NCBI GenBank assembly: GCA_020057295.1 | Contig: JAGVGF010000006.1 | Span: 160,001-224,000, forward strand | Source: an archaeon | Lineage (GTDB): Archaea; Nanobdellota; Nanobdellia; Woesearchaeales; UBA9642 | DNA length: 64,000 nt | Direction: 5' to 3' | In this document: positions 20,601-29,500 of the stretch, one piece after another | How positions within the stretch are numbered: the stretch's first letter is position 1 | How the letters are laid out: the number at the start of each line of letters is the position of its first letter | Made by a program: the position numbers and the translations under genes | The notes under the pieces: model-generated | Told to the model about the DNA's origin: nothing | The model's database searches: none | The model's input: only the letters and a program-made list of their open reading frames with translations

Positions 20601-21497
20601 ACATCCAGTTCCAGAGCCGTTCCATAATGCAAATTGTTCTAAAGAGTTTAAAGGTTTTGCATCGAAAGATTCTCCATTAATAAATTCGCGATTATTCACC
20701 GAAATATCAGATAAAGTTATTTTTGGACAAATCCAGGAACTGCAATATTGTGAAGTCTGACAGACACCGGTACAATAATAATTATCTGGAGCATCGCAAG
20801 TCATTTCTGCATTTGTGTTACATGAACCTTCACAATAACAATTTCTATTATTTAATTCTCCTCCTTGTTTACTATCACACATAGTTGTTGGTGAACTATA
20901 TGTTACAGCGTAAACTTTATTATTGCCTGGAGTGTTATCACAAATGTAGTTGTAACATCCACCATTAGCTACGACATACATTCCGTCTTTGTAAGACACT
21001 GTACCATAAGAACTACATGCAATGTTTTGGCATTGACCATTTACACAATTCTGATTTGCTCCACACACATTTCCACACGATCCACAATTAGTAACAGTAT
21101 TTATTGGAGTCTCACACCCATCAGATGCTATTTGATTACAATTTTTTTGTGTATTACGCGCACAAGGTTCGCATCCGCTAGAATCATCACAGTAAGAATT
21201 TATGCCACAATTTTGACTAAAATAACACGATACGCCACCAGTCCACCTAGCAGTGTTATATCCTGTACTCGTACAACCAAGAAAATCAATAGGATTACAA
21301 CTAGGATAAGAAACGGGATTTTTAAACACACATGCTCCACCAGTCCATGTACACAAACTATTCATTAAACATCCTGAATATGATTCGTGTGGACAAGGTG
21401 GACGCGCATAAACAATGTTTGATAATATTATTACTAAAAATATTAGTAGAACAATGGTGATTCCTTTCCAAATATAACTTCGCCTACTCATCCTCAT
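17634..21497 (-). CDS. Large Cys-rich secreted/surface protein with myxobacterial-type (DUF4215-like) CG[DN]G..E.CD repeats
   Basis: N-terminal signal/TM; CGDG...EQCDG, CMNN..EG.E.CD, CGDGRVQGAEECDDGN, DGCETP...NCGSCGNVC and DG.CP...DPDC motifs. Confidence 0.8.
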   Translation of the reverse strand: MRMSRRSYIWKGITIVLLIFLVIILSNIVYARPPCPHESYSGCLMNSLCTWTGGACVFKNPVSYPSCNPIDFLGCTSTGYNTARWTGGVSCYFSQNCGINSYCDDSSGCEPCARNTQKNCNQIASDGCETPINTVTNCGSCGNVCGANQNCVNGQCQNIACSSYGTVSYKDGMYVVANGGCYNYICDNTPGNNKVYAVTYSSPTTMCDSKQGGELNNRNCYCEGSCNTNAEMTCDAPDNYYCTGVCQTSQYCSSWICPKITLSDISVNNREFINGESFDAKPLNSLEQFALWNGSGTGCVYECGSWTTSYVCSGSISPICSGTCYSGTHGYGVKLYDVSSGNYNIYTCGASDGICPNNYGSSCGISSGICASHGISDPDCTRCGDGSLQWPNAYGVYEQCDGSVINLDEGYSCDYFTTLFNNADWNLNHGTPGCNGNCQITLGSCSLCMNNIVEGSEQCDGSNLGGYSCDEFTTLFNNAYWNLNHGTPSCTNCALTKGTCSLCMNNIIEGTEECDKTNIGSHTCSEYSIVYNNVDRDMNHGTPSCSSTCAITRGTCSYCGNNAVEGTETCDGTNPGSHTCSEFYGGKSAAGTNYYGAYIGVPTCSSDCNSITGQGTCQSCGDGRVQGAEECDDGNSEDFADACSNACKKIDCKIEGVTLTGGNRCNIIPGVTNSAYGAVYSCDTNGAIGITVDYHGPATTCQDLVSNLQVDIGSVDDPDFKISYDGEMFAGGNHRVKDGATVDGNQRGSITYSVSLSPGETTEHFVANRLYAMQAAFRDGLPGSGVFRSNIWYGSSGNYKIIIDTCNNAATTYNQYGAVLKGFTEWPSLLVNQLGAGGVICNNYKIGRPLSNSKQTYSTSNDLLKLYNGDNNRYPVCGDSFTLKQFCSYLGYGDAIVGVKIGVGTPCLSYVGGQNLKYGADINSVTCVGSGAVTAVSPKVSAIDNKTTRSTAQLNICADQKSLLKYCKSTGVANVKYSVEGEYGYCARWNGKEWIKASSERSFVLQVTCSPPSDLAIVYPDATVEDRACSINMDGFCPDDFSSTPICAKVNGTSADPDCGIHQFPDTTKIIDADGIDRERTTTDSVILDPNKINAALCNIEHGVSSKMKLHAECVNGTIVQDNVTGCPVCLKEGQTMTYDLGVNKYVAISGGEFKKIKEVLTLKGQGDKGGIYPACPDKKYDYYSSSDSCKPSPVKCDEGYRSIMNNLVASNNLTKKCDQPAIFNKTTNKWQFKTDCLYPLQNFPSIATQLCGTNALCKSKFTNYCGLNSWYNNYEIYDDQFNLSVK
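20034..20249. repeat. Intragenic direct repeat, 48 bp x2, period 168 nt
   Basis: tggagttccatgattcaaattccagt[a/c]agcattgttaaacaatgtagt at 20034-20081 and 20202-20249, one mismatch. Encodes TTLFNNA[D/Y]WNLNHGTP. Confidence 0.85.
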
Positions 21498-21641
21498 TTT
21501 TTACCTTTTAACTCACCTTTTAGTAATACACGACAATGTTATTTAAATATATTGCGTTTTTTAAACTTAAATTTAGATAATATAAAAACTAAGAATAGTA
21601 TCTGTTAATATATCTATTATGAAAATATATAATAAGAAAAA

Positions 21642-23441
21642 TTATTTTTTCAAAATCATCTTTATGGTTTTCATGTATGGTTTTTCTGTTCCTGTTGTCG
21701 GATTTGCAATCATTCTCAATAAATATACACCGCTACTTAATCCGTTTCCATCTACTTGTTCTGTATACATTCCAGAATTTTGTATTCCTTTATCTACTTC
21801 TCTGACTAATTGTCCTAATGTGTTATATAATCCTAATGTTACATGAGCATTCTGCTTTAATGAATATCTAACATTTGTCGTCGGATTAAAAGGATTAGGA
21901 GAGTTTTGTGAAAGTTCGAACGATTTAGTATTATTTTTTAATATTAATTCTATATTGTTTGAATATTTAAATTGTCCATCATTATCTATTTGTTTTAATC
22001 TATATTCTACTGTATCAGAAATATTTGTTTCTACAAATTCATATGTTCTTGATACGGATGAACTTCCTGAACCTTGAACAAATCCTACTCTTTTCCAATC
22101 TTTAATTTTTCTATCAACATTTTTTTCTACATCAAAGCCATAATTATTTACTTCTGTTGCAGTAGTCCATTTAAGACGAGCAATATTATCAATATATGAT
22201 CCTATAAACGATACTAATTCTACTGGAAGAGGAGTTGAATTAGTAGTATTTGACCATTCACTAACTCCTGCTTCGTTTTTTGCTCTAACTCTTACAAAAT
22301 ATTTTGTATTTGGAGAAGCAGTAAAATTTTTATCTGTTCTTCTAAGTAAAGAATCATTTACTGAAAAAGTTGTGAATGATGAATCTGTGGATATTTGTAA
22401 ATGATATGTTTCCGTACCAAATGAATTTGTCCATTTAACAAGCATTTCTAAAGGGACTCCTGTTGAATTATTAACTGGTTGTGTTATAGATACTGAAGAT
22501 GGAATTGTTGGACTAACATAATCTTCTATATTTAATAAGAATGCGTTTTGTTCTCCTCTAACTTTTGCCTTATGATGTCTCTCAGCAGTTTTTGTTAATA
22601 TATTATCATCTAATGTAAATTCTGGAGGATGTCCGTTCGGATCCATATTACTTGAAAATGTTGTTACATAACTTTTATCATCTCCAAATCCTGCAACTTC
22701 GTGTTGTAAGATAGGAATTGTTGGACCAGGAGAAACATTTGCACTGATAATATTTATTAAACCATTTCCATCATCGAATATAGTAGTTTGATTGTTATAT
22801 GGACTGTTAAAAGTTATTAGCACTCCACCATTATCTACTACATCCGCTGAATCTGTTGTTAATATATATCTTTTTTCTTTCAATATAAATTCTATGCTTG
22901 ATGTGTCGGAATCTTGCCATTGCGTTAATCCATTTCCTAATGCTTTTCTAAATATTAACGAATCGTATGATGTTGCGTTGCTTAAGAATGTTTTTTTAGG
23001 GTAATCTGCAAATAGAGGGTCTTTATTTTTTGGAGCACTACTTGAATATAGATCTATCATTTTCTCAGCTGTAATTATTCCTGTTCCTTTAGTTACAGTT
23101 TGTGTTGTTTCTGGAAGCGTAAAATTTAATGTCTTATTGCTTGTAATATTTACTGCAGTTTCAAAAAAATCCATATATCCTTTTTTACTGATTCTTACAT
23201 TATGTGTTCCTGATTGTATTCCTGCAATGGAGTAATTTCCGTTAACATCTGTTTCTGCAGTAATGGCACTTGAATCCACATATAATTTTACATTTTCTAT
23301 TGGAACTCCTGTTGAATCTTTTAATGAAGTAATTTTTCCTTGTAAAGTGTAGTTTTGAGCTGAAGCTAATCCTGATACAAATAAAACAGGTAAAACTATT
23401 TTACGGAATAATCTACCTACAATATTATCGAGTTTTAGCAT
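21642..23441 (-). CDS. Secreted protein: carboxypeptidase-regulatory-like domain, FN3, PLPVEL Ig module, C-terminal T9SS type A sorting-like domain
   Basis: Signal peptide ending ASA-Q; TDVNGNYSI.GI..GTH.V..SK.GY; PLPVELVSF...LKWTTATEVNNYGFDVEK...YRLKQIDNDG.FKYS; FELSQNSPNPFNPTT...KMILKK. Confidence 0.87.
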   Translation of the reverse strand: MLKLDNIVGRLFRKIVLPVLFVSGLASAQNYTLQGKITSLKDSTGVPIENVKLYVDSSAITAETDVNGNYSIAGIQSGTHNVRISKKGYMDFFETAVNITSNKTLNFTLPETTQTVTKGTGIITAEKMIDLYSSSAPKNKDPLFADYPKKTFLSNATSYDSLIFRKALGNGLTQWQDSDTSSIEFILKEKRYILTTDSADVVDNGGVLITFNSPYNNQTTIFDDGNGLINIISANVSPGPTIPILQHEVAGFGDDKSYVTTFSSNMDPNGHPPEFTLDDNILTKTAERHHKAKVRGEQNAFLLNIEDYVSPTIPSSVSITQPVNNSTGVPLEMLVKWTNSFGTETYHLQISTDSSFTTFSVNDSLLRRTDKNFTASPNTKYFVRVRAKNEAGVSEWSNTTNSTPLPVELVSFIGSYIDNIARLKWTTATEVNNYGFDVEKNVDRKIKDWKRVGFVQGSGSSSVSRTYEFVETNISDTVEYRLKQIDNDGQFKYSNNIELILKNNTKSFELSQNSPNPFNPTTNVRYSLKQNAHVTLGLYNTLGQLVREVDKGIQNSGMYTEQVDGNGLSSGVYLLRMIANPTTGTEKPYMKTIKMILKK

Positions 23442-23462
23442 AGTATATTATGATAAGCAGTA

Positions 23463-23501
23463 TTTATAAAGTTTTTGGTTGTAGTCACTCAATAGTGACT
23501 A
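23463..23501 (-). promoter_or_regulatory. TATA box for the 599-aa T9SS-CTD gene plus adjacent 8-bp inverted repeat
   Basis: TTTATAAA at 23463-23470, 21 nt from the ATG at 23441. TAGTCACT-caat-AGTGACTA at 23482-23501. Confidence 0.55.
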
Positions 23502-23529
23502 TTATTAAGAATTTTTTCTAATAAAATAA

Positions 23530-26500
23530 CTAGTTTACAACAATATTTTTCTTTCCATAAATAAGATATTTTCCACTCGTACTATTAAACAAATTAGAAA
23601 TTCCACAATAATAACCTATTTTATCAGTCACAACAATATCAGGGAATGTACAATTAGTAATAATACTATTTACAATAAGATCATATTTCGGATCTTCAAC
23701 AATGTTACCAGGAATTACAGCTGCAGTAGGATTTATTAAACAATTGCGTACACATTCATTAGATAAAGTAACTTTTTTCTTATCTAAACCACATTTTTTA
23801 GCACATTTTTTAACAGTATCAGCACTAGAACCATTAACTCTCTCATCACCAGTTATATTCACAAATAAAGGTAACTTAAATAACGCGTTAAGCAATTTAG
23901 AACAATTATTTCCTGTATTGAAATCCGTACCTACATCACAACTATTTAAAGCCGGAAAACAATATCCGTCTGTCAAACCATATCTGAATCCTTGAGGACA
24001 AAGAGTTTTATTAGCTGAACATATAACTGTATTTCCATCGTAATTAGTTACAGCAGGATTATCCAAATTTAAACTTGCTACTAGACATGCAGCTTGACCA
24101 CTAGAATTTTTATACACACAATTAGACGCGCCAGCGCATATCTTATGAACAGGAGGAACTGGTAATGCACATGATTGACCTAAAACAGTTAGTCCAAGTT
24201 TATCACGAACTTCTGCGCATGTCATCCACGTATGATGTGCAGAATCTATAGTGAAATTTACACCAGAGTTTGCAACAGGAATATTTTGTGTATGTGGATA
24301 GAATTTATCATCAACAGTATTCAAAGTTTTTGCCGCGTTTGTAAAGAATGCTGCTCCGCCAGGAGGAATTACACCCATTAATTTTCCTGCACATTTAGCA
24401 GGAATTGTACCATTTAAAGTATAATTAAATTCTATAGAAGTACTTCCTGCGCCAATACTTAAATCTCCCATTTCGCTACTATTTAATCCAATCACAGCTC
24501 CTTGACCGCCAATGTTACATGCACCATCAGTACTATTAATATCAACTTGTGCAAATCTTGCAGCAGAACAATCACCTGTAAAATTAATTACTACACGAAC
24601 TTTATCTTTTGGAGCACACACTCCCCTATCACAACCAGTACCAGGATACACTGCAACATTTGTAATAGAACATAATTGACAATATACACATCCAGGATTA
24701 CTACTATCACAACTCTCACCATATTGAGGTTGAGTAATTCCATCACCACATCGTGCAGCATCTTGAGTCCATTTCGGCCAATCTATAGTGCATGTATCAA
24801 GACATGGTGCATGACCAGGATAAGGCTGTCCAGCTTTTACGACATGAGTTACACCGAGTGTATCGCATATTTCTCGACCATTATTATTATGATCTCCGTA
24901 TATTTTATAATAATTAGTTCCGCCAGCATTAAGTCCTCGTTGAAAATCATTTTCGGTTAAATCATAAAATGTCCTATCAAGATTAGAAATATCATATGTT
25001 TGAGTTTCATCATTACACCAACTATCATATTTAAAATCACAATGTAACGTAGCCATAAAATAATTAGGATCAGTATCACTAAGAGGAACAACATAAAAAT
25101 CAGGATAATCTGGAACCCACCATCTATTAGACCAAAATTTTGAATGGTTTAAATATCCCCAAAAGCCAGTAAACTGTCTCCATTCTATGTGTGCTTGATA
25201 CCCGCTTTCACAATACGTTTCAGTGCCATCACAAAGAGTTCCATTTTGTGCAAGCCAAGGAAAAGGACCTCCATTAAGATTAGTAGCTCCTTCAGAAATA
25301 GTCTGTGCAATAGCATCTCCACATCTAGTCCTAAGAGTACAATTAGGCGAGCATCCACTACCATCTTGACCAATCATGTTGTCAGGATCATACTCGTCAT
25401 AAGGATCATTTGCTCTTCTTGAGCATGTTACTGATGTTGTAATATTCTTACTATTATTTGTTATCCATTGTAATCCATTCCATAATTTACATGATGCTAC
25501 AGAACCTGAATGAGTCGCAGCAGCTTCATTTGAAGTTGCATAATTATTATCTATACAATATTTTACTCTGCTTGGTTTATCATCACATATAACAACGCGA
25601 GATCCGTCTGTTGCATTTGGAGAAGGATATGTTTTACTTCCACTAGTAGTATTATAATCGCATTGTTCGCCTGCATCTAATTTTCCATCACCACATATTG
25701 GACCAATAATAGTTATATTTGAACATGTAGTATTACAATAGGAACAAACAGTATTAGGTGCAGCAACACATGCTGTGTTAGTATTAAATCCTCCTAAATC
25801 ACATTGTTCTGTAATACTATTATGATTAGGAGTTTGTTTCATACCATCACCACAGATTGACCAATGACATTTGTAACAATCAGCAGTATCAGTAGGACCA
25901 ACATCACATTGTTCTCCATATATTGTATCTACAAAATAATTTCCACAAGAGCCATTAGTTAAAGTTATACCTTTAGTTAGTGTTGTAGAATAATAATTAG
26001 ATTGTTTGTTTAAAGGAATTGGTAAACCACTATAAGCTTCTGAAGCGACTAGTGTTAAAGTTTGTCCATTACATCCAACGGGTATTGAAGGAATTTTATC
26101 GCTAAGTAAATTTGTAGGAGAAGTAAAACTACTAAGATTAGGATTGAAGATTAATAATATCATTTTAGAAATAACATTAGTAGAATCTGGAGTGTTATAA
26201 TTCATAACACAAGAACCGTATGCAGATGCGAAATCTATCTGTACACTTTTTGCTTTAGAACAATCTCCAGTATAATTTACAGTAATATTTAATTTATTAT
26301 CAGAATTACATGCACTATTAACAATATCACATCCATTACCTGGTTTAATATCTATACCAGTAATTTTGCAAGTTCCACACGCTCCATCGCCCATACAGAA
26401 TGTATTTGCTGGACATTGTGCATCACTAGTACACGCAACACATTGCCGGAATATGCATGTAGGCTTCAAAGAATTTTTAACTACACAATCAGTATTAGTA

Positions 26501-29500
26501 TCACACTCTATATTATATAAGTATATAGGATTTATCTGTGTACCAGCATAATACGCAAGAATGGTTGGAGGAAGAGTTGCTCCAATACCAAAATATTCCG
26601 TGTCTATTTTTTCAGAAACATCTTTAGAAGCTAGAACTTTTTTGGAAGGATATGAACCAAGTAAATCATCTTCAGTAATGTCTAATAATCTTTTTGATAA
26701 GTCATTAACAGGTAAAGATTTTACAACAACTCCACCATCATATCTAAATGATATTCCTGTAATATTATTTATTACTTTATTACCACAAATCAAAGGAAGT
26801 GTTGGTACTGTATAAGTAAAAGACGTAGTAGTTATAAGAGGAGTATTTAATAATGTATTAGATCCTGTCATGCCTTTCATCGAGCCACTACTAAATTGTA
26901 TCTTACAAGAATTATCAGAACTTGCAGCATCCACTTGTATTGCTTCTGTTAATGCACAATTGCCAGTATATCTAACATTAACAGTCCAAGTAGTACCAAC
27001 ATTACATGCATTAGCACTACTGCTACCACATGATGAAGGAGTAATTGATGCACTTAATATTGTACAATCTTTAATTTGACAAGTATTAGTACATCCGACA
27101 CTAGTATCTGGAATATTATTGGAGCAAGTAACAGGATATACATAAGCGGCAATCAGAGTATTCCATCCCCCAACATATTTGATACATGGCGTTCCAAAAG
27201 TTATTGGTGTTGCGCCAACAGTTGCAGTATTAAATCCATTCTCCAAACAGAATCTTGTCAATGAAGTAGTATCTCCACATACACCATAATAGTTAGCACC
27301 ATTATTATTTGAACGTTGCATAGATGCAGTAGTACTAAACGTAACAGATGATGGAGGTATATAATCACATTGCTCGCCAGAATCTGTAATAGTATTACCA
27401 CATGTTGTACATCGTGAAACATCATATCCACTACAACCAGTATTACATCCTAATGTTCCTATCCATGTTCTACCATCATTCTTTACGCCCGTACAAGTCA
27501 TAGAATTCAGCGTTGTACCATCACATGTTTCTGAAAATTCTTTAACATTATTTCCACAATATCCACATTTACTATAATCAAAATTACAAGAATTAGTACA
27601 TGAAACAACTCCATTATTGCAGTTCACAGCATTTCCGTTAGCATTAGAACATGAATTGTATTGACTGCAAACTTTTCCATTAATATCAGAACCGTCACAT
27701 ATTTCAGCAGGTTCTCTTATACCATTACTACAATAACCACAACCAGCAGAATTTAGTTTACATCCACCACAAATTAAATTTCCGTTGTTGGCCGGAACAT
27801 CAGCACCATTTCCTTGTGGATCGCTATACACATTATAGTTTGCACAAGTTTTTCCATAAGCAGTTGAACCGTCACATTCATCTCCTCTATTTGGATCGAT
27901 TATATTATCACCACAAATACTCGGAACCCATGAACATCCTAAAGTAGTACATTTAGCTCCACGATACGCGCTACAATCAATTGTACCATCACAATAATTT
28001 GGATTAATAGCAGGTTCAACAGTGTAGCAATTGAGAGGTGCATCTGCACTACAATCATATCCGGACCATGAAAGAGAAGGTATTTCAAATTCGCCACAAC
28101 TTCTAGTTGATGGACCTTTACATATATATTCTAATTTACAAGAACTACATCCATCACCGACAACAGAATTTCCATCATCACATTCTTCTCCATCTAAAAC
28201 GTTAACTACACCATCACCACAAACATTTGGTTGCCAACCACAACCAGCAGCAGTACAAGCAGAATTAGACTGCAAAGAAGAATCTTTACACTCAATTATA
28301 CCGCCACAACTATGATAACATTCACTCCAAAACTGATCAGCATAGCAACCAGCAGGAGCAGTATCACATTCAGTCTCACAATTATCAACAAAATAACCAT
28401 TACAACTTTGAGTTGATGAACCTTTACAAACGTACGTCTTTAAACAACTACTTGAACATCCATCGTAATTGTTTAGATTACCATCATCACACTGTTCTCC
28501 AGCAGCAACATTCATCACACTATCACCACAAACATTTGGTTGCCAAGTACAACCAGCAGCAGTACAAGCAGAATTAGACTGCAAAGAAGAATCCTTACAA
28601 TTAATTGTGCCACCACAAATATTTGGATCATTGCCTGATTCAACAGTAGAGCAATCAGTAGGAGCATTTGCACCACAATCATAACCAGACCATGAAAGAG
28701 AAGGTATTGCAAAAATATCACAACTTCCAGTTGATGAACCTTTACAGACATAATCTAATGCTATACGACAAGTTCCTTGTACAAAAGCTGAACAGTCAGT
28801 TCTACATCCAGGAGTGCCTATATATTCTGCACCATAAATATTAGCACAAGTGGAACCACTAGTACCATCACAAATTTCAAAACCATTTCGTATATTATCA
28901 CCACAATGTTGTGTAGTAGTACATGCATTTAAAGTACAAGAAGCAGAACAACTTTTAGAACCGATGTATCCATTAGTAATACAAATAGTTCCACTACCAT
29001 CACATTGCTCATTACCATTTCTTACGTTATCACCACAAGATTCAGAAGGAACACAAGTTCCTGACCAAGAACAAGATCCAGTACATGATTCAGTTCCCGC
29101 ATAACCTGCTGCAGTAGTACATGCTCGAGTATTGCCATCGCATTGCTCAGGACCAATCGTTATTGAATCTCCGCAATAATATGGAGTAACACAATTATTC
29201 CAGCTACACCAAAGGTCGCAAGATTTAGAGCCAGGATAACCGTTAACAAAACATGTTTCAGTATTACTATCACATTGTTCATTACCATTTCTTACGTTAT
29301 CTCCACAAGATTCATAAGAATAACATTGATCATACCCGTTACACAAACCACCACATCGTTGAGTTCCAGAATAACCTGCTACGGTTGAACAAGATACAGT
29401 ATCACCATCACATAATTCACGACCATTCCTCCAGCCGTCACCGCACATTTCTGTAGAATAACAATTAGAATAGCCTGTGCACAAGAAACAACTTTGAGTG

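Noticed and set aside
15469-21899. Paired similar 3' gene ends as a diversity-generating retroelement TR/VR
   Set aside because: Both copies are coding tails, mismatches are not adenine-specific and many are synonymous, and no reverse transcriptase is visible in the window.
15469-23441. Bacterial contamination explaining the T9SS-tail genes
   Set aside because: Both have archaeal TATA boxes at identical spacing, similar AT content and are interleaved with other locus genes. Considered unlikely, but only read mapping can exclude it.
28213-28593. Direct repeats as a CRISPR array
   Set aside because: Only two copies, in frame within a CDS, 309 nt apart, with no cas genes.
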